A DNA stretch of 64,000 bases from Monocercomonoides exilis PA203 (taxonomy: Eukaryota > Protista > Preaxostyla). The position numbers were made by a program, and so were the translations under genes. Numbering within the stretch: position 1 is the first letter of the stretch; each line of letters begins with the position of its first letter. The stretch lies in contig LSRY02000039.1 of assembly GCA_001643675.2 (NCBI GenBank), positions 124,001-188,000 of the forward strand, given 5' to 3'. The notes beneath the pieces are model-generated. The model saw only the letters and a program-made list of their open reading frames with translations, was not told the DNA's origin and searched no databases. Positions 1 to 11,948 of this stretch are shown here, piece after piece.

Positions 1-420
1 TATCTGTTTCCTTGTGAACTGACGTTTGAAGTGACCAAAAAAAAGAAAGGGGAAGAAATGAGATGGACAGATTGCCCCGTTAATGAATATGTGAATGAGA
101 CAGAAATGAAAGTGAGGATTCCTCCATCTTTGCTTGAAGTTGATGATTACACATCAGTTGTCTGCCGCTTGACTTATCCAAGTGGAATTATTAATGGAGA
201 AAAGAAGCGAACAGCAAGTGCGATTTTGGTGAAACAGAAGAAGGACAATCCAAACGAGAACAATCCAAAGAAATTGACGAGAGCACAGCTTATTGCAATT
301 ATTGTTTCTGTGAGCGCTTTTGCTGTTGTCATTGTAGTGATGGTGTCTGTGACGATTATATGTATGGTTAGATTTAAAAAGCGCATGCGATACAATGAAA
401 TCAAGGATATAAATCATTGA
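1..420 (+). CDS. 3' end of a single-pass membrane/surface protein (gene starts upstream of the window)
   Basis: Open frame ending in a hydrophobic helix (LIAIIVSVSAFAVVIVVMVSVTIICMV), a basic stop-transfer (RFKKRMR) and a short tail with a YxxI motif. Confidence 0.7.
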   Translation, partial: YLFPCELTFEVTKKKKGEEMRWTDCPVNEYVNETEMKVRIPPSLLEVDDYTSVVCRLTYPSGIINGEKKRTASAILVKQKKDNPNENNPKKLTRAQLIAIIVSVSAFAVVIVVMVSVTIICMVRFKKRMRYNEIKDINH

Positions 421-1313
421 TCTGAAGCAAGTATATTCTTTGCACTTATGTTTGAAATTTCTGTTCATGTTTTAATCCTGTTTTAACCTTGCTTTATTTT
501 CAAGAAATTTCGTGAGGTTCCACAATTGACTATGTATATGTTATTTGAATAAATGTTTTAAAATTGATAAATATTTTCCTTTAATGTATTTTGGAACCGA
601 ATTATAACAAGAGTTTTCATTTTTTTAATTCACTCCTCACATGTTTTCTTCGGCTTTATTCAAATTTATTTTTCTTCTTTTTTCTCATATAAGAAAGCAT
701 GAAAAATTTTCTATAGTTTTATTATTTTTCAAATTTATGTGATTTATTTGAGTTCTTTTAATCTTCTATGAGATTTTGATTAACTTATAATATTGGTTGA
801 AAGTTATTTGACTCAATTTTACTGTTGTGGGGATATTTCTCCGTGTAATATATTTTCGAATATTTATTCTTTTGAATTTTATGTACACAAAATATTCACA
901 ATTATTATTTCTTTTCTTTCTTTCTTTCTTTTGAGAAAAAGAAGAAAATCGAAATGTTGACTGGAAACAAAATTTCCGTGAAATAAGTACACAGAAGAGC
1001 TGGAAGATATCGTGTAGTTTAACAAAGAAAGGAATAAAATGTCGAGAAGAAAAGAATATCGAATTTATTTTTAACAATTTTGTCTTTTTCAATCAAACCA
1101 AGCTTGGTGACATCGTTTTTCAAAAAATTGCAATTTATTTTGTAATTGTTCATTGGAAAATGAATGGTACACAATCACAACTTAAAATAGGAGAAAATTG
1201 AAAGTTTCAATTTAAAGGTAGGCTGAAATTTTTATTTTGATTATTTTTTTGAATATTGAAATGCAAATAAAAGCATCAAATGTATTTGTCAAAACTAAAT
1301 AAACGTAAAGTTT

Positions 1314-2835
1314 TCACAACGAATAAGGATTGCTAAATAGATCATCATCCTCATCTTCTCCTTCGCCCGGTTGCTCCATCTGCACGCGCGGAGGCTCATA
1401 GCTCACACCATCAGAAAGATCAGCACTTTGCTCACCATCTCCTTCAAGATCCCTGTCAGACGCAGTTGGAAGCTCGTCCAGCCCTCTCCGCTCTGCATCA
1501 GCAGCAGAGCCGTCTTTCCCGTGCTGCTCGTCGTCTTCATCAAAAGTCCGCCCTTCTTCTCCCATGTCAATGTCCATCTCCATTCCCATCCCTTCTCCAA
1601 CTGCCTCTCCAACTCCTTCCCCAACCCCCATCCCCATGCTCATGCGAATCCTTTCTTCTTCATCTTCCTCGTCCTTTGGACCTTGTTGCTCGACATCCTC
1701 TTCTTCTCCTCCTCCCATCGCTTCCTCGTCGCTCAGCTCTTCGTCTCCAACTGGAGCGAATGCATCGTCAAATTGATCTGGTAGGGGGAAAAAATGTGAG
1801 AAATAAAAATTTCATCATTAACATTTCAATCGTTTCAAAGATAATCAAAAAGAATAAAAGAAACAAAAAATTAAAATTGTTTCAAAATGTTAAAGCAAAT
1901 AGGGGGAAATAAATGAATGTATGAATGAATAATAAGTTTGCAATTTGCGCAAACCTCCGCTGTCTGCAAGTTGCGTTAGTGTGTTTAGAGAATTCTCTAA
2001 TTGCCTCTTCGTTTCAGTGTGTACTCTTCTGATATCTTTAGCTCGCGTTAGACGCTTAGGGTATGTCTGTCATTTGTCAAAATAATAATAATAATAATAA
2101 AATATTCATTATTAATGCATTTTCAAAAAATACGCCACAAAATATTAATAATCAAACGGCTGTCCATTCATAAGTATATATTGGAGGATAAGCTGGAAAG
2201 TATTTTGGAACACTTGGATGATGAGGATGAATTAATGAAATTACTGAACTTGGAAATTGATCAAATGGTGTTTGGTTCGAAGAATTAGAAGTAAGTTGTT
2301 GTGAAATGAAAGGGTACAGAAATGAATGAGGTGTTGTTTGTGAACTGAATTCTGGAAATGAAGTGGAAAGTGATATCTGGGGAAGAGCTGGAGAAAAGAG
2401 AATGCATTTGAAAATAAGGACACAATAGTAAATATACCAGCAGGAAAGACAAGGTCAGTTGAAATTGCTTTTGCACGAAATAGAATTAGATCACTAATTG
2501 TAATTCCTATTTCTTTAAAAGCTACAACAACATCCATGAGATTACTTTGCTGTCGAGAAGCAAAACTTGTCAATCTCGCAATGGTTCTTCCAAGAAATGA
2601 TAGGTCTTTTAAATATCATAAATTGTTTTAAAATTTTGAAAGCAATTATATTAAAAAAGTTTAACGAGAATATTTCACTTTAAAAGCAAAAAAAAATTAA
2701 ATATATACAATGTAGCCCAATCGCAGAAATAACATCTAAAGCCGATTTATCTATTTTTTCAAATCCTGCTCCTTGAGCAATTACAGCAATAACAACTCTT
2801 GTAAGTGATTCATTGAATAATTTCCTTTGGCTCAT
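1314..2835 (-). CDS. TAF8: TFIID subunit 8-like (histone-fold/BTP domain + TAF8 C-terminal motif), multi-exon
   Basis: Spliced reading MSQRKLFNESLTRVVIAVIAQGAGFEKIDKSALDVIS...LGRTIARLTSFASRQQSNLMDVVVAFKEIGI (histone fold), then VPKYFPAYPPIYTYE..YPKR..KRQLENSL (TAF8-type P-F-P-x-x-P-x-x-T-Y motif) and an acidic last exon 1314-~1780. Confidence 0.75.
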
Positions 2836-2976
2836 TCACTTTAGCAGTATTATATCAATATTTGTTTGCTATTTTCAATAGTAATTCAATTTTTATTTAT
2901 TTTAGAAATAAAAATTAATTCTAATTTATTTATGTTATATGGGAGATATGCCATAATTGGAGTGAAAAATCATAAA

Positions 2977-4214
2977 ATGTCATCTCGTACGCTTCATATA
3001 ATTTTTTGGAATTATTCTTATGATTATTTATTTAATATGAATGCATATGATCTTTTGAAATTCAATATTTTTTTGAAACAGGCGGATCTTCTGGCTTTGG
3101 AGTCCAAAAGCCTAGCTTTGGTGGTGGAGGAGGCCGTGGTGGTAGTGGTGGCCGGGGAGGAGGATTTGGAGGAAGGGGAAGAGGTGGAAGCGGTGGAAGA
3201 GGAGGTGGGCGAGGAGGTGGGAGAGGGGCTCGAGGGGGACGTGGAGGAGGAAGAGGCGGAGGAAGAGGTGGAGCACGCGGAGGAGGAGGATCAAAAGTTA
3301 GAGTTGTTTCACATGAAAGATTTAAAGGAATTTATATAGCACGTGGAAAAGAAGATCAGCTTGTTACTAAAAACCTTCTTCCTGGTCAAACTGTTTATGG
3401 TGAAAAACGAATATCAGCAGACGTATGAAATTTTAGGAGTCAGCATTTATCTGATTTTGAAATATTATTTTTATAAAATTAAAGGATGTTGAAAATGCAG
3501 CGGCAGCGCCTGGTGACAAAGTTGAATATCGTGTTTGGAATCCTTATCGTTCAAAGCTTGGTGCAGCGATTATTGGAGGAATTGGAAATATTTTTATTGA
3601 ACCTGGTACAAAGTTACTATACCTTGGTGCAGCATCAGGAACAACTGTATCACATTGTTCGGATCTTGTTGGACCAGTTTGCCAAATTTCTTTTCAATTT
3701 GAATTTGAATTTATACATACGCTTTAATTTTTAACTATCTCTAACTTTTTGAAATACATCTGTAAACTTTGTTTTCTATTTTTCGAAAACTTTAATTTAG
3801 ACTGGTGTTGTGTATGCTGTGGAATTTGCACATCGTGTTGGACGTGATCTTCTTGGACTGGCACAAAAGAGAACAAACATTATTCCAATCATTGAAGATG
3901 CAAGGCATCCACACAAATATAGAATGATTGTTCCGGTTGTTGATACCATCTTTGCAGACGTTGCACAGCCAGATCAAGCGCGTATTGTTGATATTAATGC
4001 CCAATACTTTTTGAAGAATGGAGGACACTATGTGATATCAATTAAAGCATCATGCATTGATTCTGTATCACCAGCGCCAGTTGTATTTGAGAGAGAAAGA
4101 AAAGAACTTGCAAAAAGAGGTCTTAAACCTCTTGAACAACTCACTTTGGAACCTTATGAAAGAGATCATGCTGTTGTTGTGGGAGTTTATAGACCAGAAA
4201 AAAGAGAAGTGTAA
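2977..4214 (+). CDS. NOP1: Fibrillarin (rRNA 2'-O-methyltransferase), 4 exons
   Basis: ATG 2977; intron 2987-3081; RGG/GAR domain; [84 protein letters not shown]; TAA at 4214. Confidence 0.97.
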
Positions 4215-4369
4215 ATAAAAGGCATAGTCTTTCAAATAGCACATTCACAGAAAAATCCTTAGCTTATCTTTTCTTCTTTCTCACTTCATTTAATGCAAAA
4301 TATAAATGAAAAAAATCTTATAAGAAACGAAATGTTGTATAATCGTAAAAGTTTAGTTAAAATACGAGC

Positions 4370-4915
4370 TTATTCATCATTTGTCCTCGTCTTCTGTGAA
4401 GATTAAAGAAGAAAATAAAAAATTTACACAATTATAAATTTGTTATTACGAAAATAACAAACCACTTAATATTACCCAAACATGCTCATCTTCCTGCAGA
4501 ATATCCTTTATGATTCCATTCAGGTCTAACACCTCTCCACTATCTCGCTTTAAGCCTCTTAAAAGAAAATAGAAATTCTAAATTTGTACAACAAGCAAAC
4601 CTTGGAACTCCAAGATCTATTCCCGATGAAGAATCGAAACGAGCAACTGTTTTTTGCACGGACAGAAAAAAAGACAACAATTTTTAAAATTAGTATTTAC
4701 TTATAATTATCAAACGTCCAACATCTATAACATCAAATTAAAAGCGCAACAGCAAATTACAGTTAAAAATGAACGACAAGATTTTATTAAAGTGTAATTT
4801 TTTTCCAATAATCTTAAAAATAATGTGAAAAACCTCCAAGCCAGCGGATTGATTGGGTTCCTGGTCCACACTGGACAAGAATAACTTTATCGCGAACATG
4901 AACAAAAATTTTCAT
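4370..4915 (-). CDS. Small stand-alone Par3/histidine-ammonia-lyase N-terminal-like (ubiquitin/PB1-like) domain protein, ~5 exons
   Basis: Spliced: MKIFVHVRDKVILVQCGPGTQSIRWLG-DVG-LARFDSSSGIDLGVPR-GLKRDSGEVLDLNGIIKDILQEDEHVWV. Resembles the animal HAL N-terminal pattern (VHVR..L.VPC.....V.WLG..A..RY ... L.....EV). Not in the ORF track; last exon boundary uncertain. Confidence 0.6.
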
Positions 4916-5301
4916 TTGTAATAATACAGCAGAACGGATAGATGTGGAAAATTGAAATAAAAAAATTTTTTATTTGTTTAGTAAAATCACACCCATAAGA
5001 TTGTTGGAGTGATAATAAATAAATCTTGATTTCATTCTAAGCTCAAACAATATGTTAAACTATTAATTTGCATTTAAAAAAAATTCTGTATATTGAAACA
5101 TATAATGCATGGTGTTATGAAAGCAATAAATAAAAAAAAAATACTATGAAAAATGCACAGAAGCTTGATATATGACAACATAAATTGAAAATTTTATAAC
5201 GAAATACTTATGAAATTTTGTAATAAAAAAATGATGTGAGAAAAATCCAAAAATACTATTATAAAACAAAAAAGAAAAATATAACAAAGTTCGATTTTTG
5301 A

Positions 5302-6334
5302 TTACTTTTCATAAAGAAGTTGCCCATCATCATCTTGAACAGCCAATTTTGTGCTTTGATATGCGTTACAAAGGTTGCCAATAGTTGAAGATGTAAGGGA
5401 TGATTCAGAATACAGTTCGTGAGGTTGAACAAGTGCTGAAGACACAGATGCTCTGGTAGGCTTTGGAATAACAGAAAATTGTAATGGATTTTCTGCGAGT
5501 GTAGAAATAAATATATCGTTATTCTCTTCGCTTTTGGATTGAGAAGAAGTGGTAGAAGAAGAAGAAGACTTTAAAACAGAATCTGCTTTGGTTGCATCAA
5601 TTTGGTTCGAGGAATTGTTAAAAGTAAAAGAAGAACCAAGATGTGTGCGAAACGAATTTATCCATCTTTGAATACAGCAATTAGGATTTGTATAATTTAA
5701 AGCAAAAGAACGAATGTTATTATTTATTTCTGAATCTGGTAATGATGATACGTATCGATTCAATTTACTAATATCAGGTGTTGCGTCAGCAACGTCCAAA
5801 AGATTTTGAACTTCTGGTAATCTATCTGCCGAATTAAAGTAATTCGATTTATCCTCTTCCAAAAGTTTGATGGTTGTTACTACATGAAAAAAATTTTAAA
5901 AGGAAAACAACTATCCAGAAAAAAAAAATAAAATAAAATAAAATAACAATACCATGGCAATGACTTAATCCATAAAAACTACTTCGAAATATTGATTCTT
6001 CGTAAAATGGAATTTCTTCGCGAAGACCTGAAAGTCGAAAATCAGCTGAATCAATAAATCGTGTAATATGATTGATTTTTTCATTAATTGAATTGCATGC
6101 TGAATCCTAAAAAAGGAAGGTGAATAAAAAAAAGTCATGCTAAATGTTAATTGTTCAAACAAAAGTTTCAGCAAGTTTCCGTGTTTGAGATAAAATTGAT
6201 TGAAGTTCTGTTGTGATTATTGCCTGGTGTACTGTAGCATCAACACTTTTTTCTTCATTTGTTATTTTGTCAATAAATTCATATCCAATTTCTGAAGGTC
6301 CTTGATGAACTGAGACTGTTGACAATGATGTCAT
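5302..6334 (-). CDS. SCAR/WAVE-homology-domain-like protein, at least 3 exons; no VCA domain seen
   Basis: Exons ~6334-6160, ~6106-5953 and ~5880-5302 join in frame. Helical N-terminus, then YFNSADRLPEVQNLLDVADATPDISKLNRY...NYTNPNCCIQRW, matching the WAVE SHD pattern (F....LP..L.E.Y..C..PP.L..L..Y...FYTNP..F...W). Confidence 0.5.
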
Positions 6335-6445
6335 ATCTTTTTGTTTTCTTAGGTCAGTAAATAAATTAAGTGAGAGATCAAAGATACAAATATAATTTGA
6401 TTCAAACGCAATGAATGACTCTGTCGCTAAAGCATATGTTACAAA

Positions 6446-7352
6446 ATGGCTAAAAGAAAAAGGCAAAGATTTTTTGTGTGTTACTTTTCTTTTTTTCGAT
6501 ATTGCAAGTTAAAGACCAAATTTTTTAGAGATTATGAAATAAAAGTCCAACAAAAAGTTTCAGTATCACCAACTCAACACTGTTATATGGTTAAGTATAT
6601 CCCTAAATCGGAAAGTGGTGAAACAGAAGAAGACGCAAAATGTTTTCCAAATTTGTTATTTAAACAAAATGATATTAAACAATTCGTGTGATTTGGTTAT
6701 AAGTGCTATCATATTCTCTTGTAATAGATCCCGAAGATGGAGTAGTGGAAGTTCTTCCTTATATTGATGAAAGTGAATTAGAGAAGGAAATAAGTATTTC
6801 TAAACTTTTAAATATGTTGACTTTTATTGAATTAATTTTCAAGAAAAAGTGGAAGCCGAAGAGAAGCCTGAAGAGAAATTTGATGCAGCCATTGAAATGA
6901 AAGAAAATGAAATTGAAGATGCAGCGTCTCATCCGATGGAAACAAATGAAATTGATTTCTCAATGATGGATGATGAAGAACTTGACAGAATACTCGAAAA
7001 AAAGATAGGAAGAATGACGGAAGATGAAAAGGTTTTTATTTAGTATTCTATTTTTTAACTTTGAAATCATGATTTTCATGTTTTTATTTAATTTTTATTT
7101 TATTTTTTTTTTTTTGTTTGTTTTGTTTTTATAAGAGAAAAATTGCTTCAGATGATACGTTTCTGAATGAAGAAAGTAAGATGATGGAAGACCTTGATAA
7201 AATGCTTTCTTCAATAGAAGAAAGATTTGAAAAGGTTCAATATTTTTTCATTTATTATTTTAGCATTCATGTTTCTTAAAATTTTTTTATTAAATACAAT
7301 TCAGCTAACATCCGGAAAAGTGAAAGCAAATTCATCACATTCAACAAAATGA
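6446..7352 (+). CDS. Hypothetical acidic protein, multi-exon
   Basis: ORF fragments 6446-6691, 6703-6900 and 6849-7043 plus downstream exons, separated by short AT-rich introns; no family recognised. Confidence 0.55.
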
Positions 7353-7465
7353 ATATGCATGTGCTAAATCTTTAATTGCAACTTCACGTCATGCTCATTT
7401 CAGTTTTTGTTCACTCATATTTTTATTTATTTGATCAAAAAAACATTTTTTCATTAATAAAAAAT

Positions 7466-7538
7466 TGGAGATGCCGGGCTTTGATCCCAGTGCCTCTCGC
7501 ATGCTAAGCGAACGATCTACCAATTGATCTACATCCCC
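7466..7538 (-). tRNA. tRNA-Ala(AGC)
   Basis: Reverse complement GGGGATGTAGATCAATTGGTAGATCGTTCGCTTAGCATGCGAGAGGCACTGGGATCAAAGCCCGGCATCTCCA; G3-U70 pair, AGC anticodon, downstream T-run. Confidence 0.93.
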
Positions 7539-8121
7539 ATGATGGTTTAAAACTTTTTTGATAAGTATTTGGAATTTTTGTTTAAGATGCGCTATTAAAT
7601 TTTTGAATGTTTTTATCAAGTGATCGTTTTATTGTAAAAATGGATTCAGTATTTTTTTCCACTTTTTATTTCACAATAGGAATTTTTCCCTTTTTATGGT
7701 TATTATTAAGCATCTGCGTCACATGCCTTTTAACGTAAACATTTTTGAAGTGACGTAACTTGACAGAGAATTTTTTATTTCCTTATTTATTAAATACTTC
7801 TTTTGCCAGAAATAAAAATTACAAAAATTTATTGATGTGTTATAAAAATTGAAGAAATATGATTAAGAGTTTCACAATATTAATTTTAATTTATTTGAAA
7901 TTCATTTTCATATTTTATTTGCACAATGGGTTGTGTCGTGATTATTTTTTGTGGTATAAATATCACGGCACTAACGTCACCACCTGACACTGACGTAATA
8001 TAAATTAATTGTTTATTTTTTTCAAAAATTTGTGTTTTTTCAAATGCAAAATATTCTTTTATAAAGTTTAAAACTGTTCAAAGTCAAACAATTATTGTTT
8101 GAATATGATTTTTTTATATGT

Positions 8122-8376
8122 GGTTCATTCTTTTTGATTTCATATTTTTTCTAACAATAATTTCGAATAAAAAATTTGACGTAACTTTTTAGAAATCATT
8201 TTTGCATTTTGTTCAAAATCTTAAATGCATTTCTCTGTCTTTCTATGACAACGTGCATTTGAAAGACAATTAATTGAAAGCATGAAACGCTAATTTGTAA
8301 ATTCTTTTGCAAATAACTGCGAATTAGAAAATTACACATTCTCCGAAATAATATATGATTTCATAAACAATCACCC
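8122..8376. mobile_element. ~255 bp MITE-like element, ATAT-TSD family
   Basis: Left atgt|ggttcattctttttgatttcata; right end rc ATAT|gggtgattgtttatgaaatcata; interior similar (inverted) to 11029-11284. Confidence 0.65.
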
Positions 8377-8469
8377 ATATATATTTTTTATATATTTTTT
8401 TTCTAATTCATTTGGATTATAAGAGCTGGTTTTTCACAAAAACGCACAGCAAACGAACGAGATGCTTAT

Positions 8470-9790
8470 CAAAACATAAACAGTTGTTGAATTTTGGAGC
8501 CTGAGCGTCAGAAGAAGTTGGCTGTTCGGGGGAAGGAGGTGTTTGCATCTTCTACAGCAAATGGCATGATAGAGCTGCGGACGTGTGGGACGCTGGTGGT
8601 TGTGGAGGATAATCTGGACAACGAAGCGGAGAAGGTTTATCATGTGGAAGAGTGTCCTCTGATATTAACGAATGGAAGCTGAAAGCCAGGGATGCGAAAA
8701 AAGTTGATGTTGATGATTGAGGAGTGCGTGATGAGGTGGGCAGAACAGAGCAAGAGCGAGCCGTATGCGATCCTGGGCCGAGAGGGCGTGTGAAGGGGAA
8801 GAGTGCAGGGTGCAACATGTGAATCCTTTCTTCCAGTGCAGAGCTGTAAGGTAGATCAGTGGGAAAAAGAAGCATCTGTAATTCGTGTGGAGAGAGCTGT
8901 GCAGTACTGTCTGCACTTCCCAATACTTGCGTGCGGGTCCAATAGAGGAGAACGGATTGTGACACTATGTTTTGATATAACAGGGCAGATCACCTAGCTG
9001 CGGGGGAATGGGAGGTTCGGGCGGGAGGTGGTGGAGAAGAGAGGTGTGGAAGAGGAGGTGGAGGAGGGGGGATGAGGTGAAGGTGAAGAAGGGAGAGAAG
9101 TGGAGGAGGAAGAGGAAGAGGAAGGTTCAACGCCACAGGAGCGATAATGTTGGAGGGGAAAAATGAAGGGGCAGGTGGGAGGCAGATCTGCTTGAGCTGT
9201 GTTGGTGGCCAATCATCCTGTTTATTGAGATGAGTACAGTGGGTGTGATTGTGGTGGTGATGAATGCAGGGTGCAGTGCAGCGACTTGTGGAGTCTGGGG
9301 AAAACGTTCTGGGGCAAAACCGACAGATGCAGGAGTGGGAGCTTTAGTGGATGCAATTGTGCGGTGCAGAGGGGGCAGAGTGAGTGATGCTGATGAGTGC
9401 TCTGGTACTGAACAAGGAGGCAGCAGTGACAGAGTGGAAGAGCAAAGCGGAGAGAGAAGGTGTTGAAGGCAGAGATGGAGAAGAAGGCGGTAAGGAAGCA
9501 AAGGAGATTCACGATGGAAATGAAAGAAAAAAGGAAGGAGGAAGAAAAGGTGAGGAAAAATATCAAAGCAATGAGAAAGAAGGAAGTGATGAAGAAAAAA
9601 GGGAGAGGATGAAAGGTCAGAAGAGAGAGGAGATAGAGGTGGAGGGGGGAGGAGAGGAGAAGGGAAAGAAAAAGTGGAAGATAAAGCGGAGGAAGCGGAA
9701 GCAGAAGTGGAAGATGAAGAGGAAGGAGTGGAAGAAACAGAGTGAGGGTTGCTAGGATATCTGCTGTGTCTGTGGTTTTTTTTTGAAGCA
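8470..9790 (+). pseudogene. Degenerate GA-rich coding-like segment of unknown family
   Basis: Purine-rich, higher-GC block with broken ORFs (8494-8682, 8803-8997, 9230-9466, 9384-9755) inside an otherwise AT-rich island. Confidence 0.35.
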
Positions 9791-11028
9791 TATTAATTAA
9801 TAACAGTTATTGTTCATACTCATGGATGATAATTCTTCGGAGTCTGTTATTTTCATCATAATATATAAAATGATTTTTTGTTAAATTAAACTATTGTTAA
9901 TAAAAAAGAAGAAATTTTGTTTTGTTAATATTATGAAAAAACAATATTGAAATCATGAAAATTGCATCAAATATAGAAGAAACTTGTTTACAATAAAAAA
10001 TCACGAAAACTATTTGCATCTTAAAATTGAATTTTTATTACTATTTGAAACAGAAAATCTATCTTCAAAAACATTCACAAATAAATTGTTTGAATATGAG
10101 AGGTGCATGATGTGAATTTTCTCAAAGAGGAAAAATAAAATCGAAATGAAGAAATATTCAAATAAGTTTTGGTGATGAAAATTGATATTTTTAATTTATT
10201 TTGTTGAATTCTTAAATATCGGAAATCTTCAATTTGGATTGAATTATAATTTAAAAAAAGTTTATTTCTGACAAAAAAAAAATGAAAAAAAAAAAAATTA
10301 AAACAAAATAGAAGTGACTTTCACTGACTGATGTAAGGTCACTATTTTCGATGTGACGCAGATATTTCGTGAGCAAGCAAAAACAAATAAGTGTCAACAA
10401 CAAAAAAGTTCAATCAACTGGATGACCCTTTTCAAGTCATCCAGAATTTATAATTCTAATTCCAATGAATGAAAACCTTACAGGTTGATTTAAAAATTTC
10501 ATGAATTAAAGAAAAATTCAAAAACACTGAGAAGAACATAATTCAAATGTGAAAAAATCTTCCCATCTGGGACAGTATTTCGCTCTTTCTGACTTTTGTT
10601 CCACCCATAATATTACGCCTAATGAATAGAATTGAAATAACAAATAATTGAAAAGAATCAATTGATAAATCATAAAGAAAATCGAAAAAGCAAATACAAT
10701 AATAATAAAATAAAAATTGAAAATGAAAAATTATAGAAAAAAAATTTTGATCATAAAAAAAACAATTAATTGTGATGATAAATTTTTTGGTATATTCACT
10801 TAGTTTTGATATTATGTGAAATTATTCACATGTATTTTTTTATACAATTCATTTTAAGTTAGTCTACTGGGAAACTGAATCTGGACCCAAGGCCTGCAAA
10901 TTTTTATCCAAAAAAGATTTGAATAAAAATAGGAAGGATTCGGTTTAGTCCTCAAACTGAAAAAAACAGTTATCATGCAAAAGCAAGACTTTAAAAAATG
11001 GACTTTTTAAAAAAAAAGTTATAAATAT

Positions 11029-11284
11029 GGGTGATTGTTTTTGAAATCATAATTTTTTTAGGGGAGTTGATTTTTCAAAAGTTGGTTGTCATTGGGATGA
11101 GATAATGAATTCAAACAATTTATTTTTTACAAATTTTCATCAAATATATGAATCTGCTAAAATAAAGAATAATATGTTTTGAATATGCCTTTTCACTTTT
11201 CAACGAAAAAATAAAATTTTTTCAAGTGAAATTTTTGTATCGAAAATTTTGACAGAGAAAATATGGTTTCAAAAATAATTCCCC
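11029..11284. mobile_element. 256 bp MITE-like element, ATAT-TSD family
   Basis: ATAT|gggtgattgtttttgaaatcata ... tatggtttcaaaaataattcccc|ATAT (imperfect ~23 bp TIRs). Confidence 0.75.
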
Positions 11285-11948
11285 ATATTTAGAAATCTTC
11301 CTCCATTGTGGAGTTGCTGTCAATTGCTGAATTTGAATTAATAAAAAAATCAGACAAATTTGAAGTATTATTTTGACCTTCAGAGTTATCTTAATTAAAA
11401 GAATTGAAATGTGAATAATTATTTATGGTTTGAAAATGAATAGAGCAATTCTTTGGAGAAATGATTATTTCTTGCAAACCTAACATACCTGATTCGCTTT
11501 CAATGGAGCAGTTTGAATCTTCACCTATTAAAGAGTCATCAGAAAAAAAGAATTATTAAATAATGTTGAATCATAATGAAAAGCTTACAAATAATTCATT
11601 CTATCCTTTCTTGTTTTCTTCACGCTTTTTCCTGTCCTTTTATCCATTTTAATTTAAGAAGAATTTTCGGTCTTTCCATTACCCAAATAAACTTTCCTTT
11701 CCTTTTCGGTTTTTCTTTTTCTTTCTCTATAATTTATTTCTCCTTAATTCTGAGAATCAATACTGCTTTAAGGAGAAGACTATATTTTTCCATTTTTCTT
11801 TGTGAAAAATAAAAATTTTTTCATTCCAGAGATGATTAATTCACCCCAGATATTGTTTGCTTCTATTTCGTTTCTTTCAGATTTATTTTGATTTATCAAA
11901 TTTTAAACTAAAATAAAGATTTTTGTTTATTGGAAAAAATAATGTTTT

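Noticed and set aside
2866-3339. E/V-rich 157-aa ORF in the track
   Set aside because: Alternative-frame reading of the fibrillarin RGG exon.
3423-3484. Intronic C/D snoRNA in fibrillarin intron 2 (ATGAAA...CTGA)
   Set aside because: Poor box C and only ~30 nt between boxes.
10398-10444. 9-bp hairpin ctggatgac/gtcatccag
   Set aside because: Isolated and short; no supporting context.
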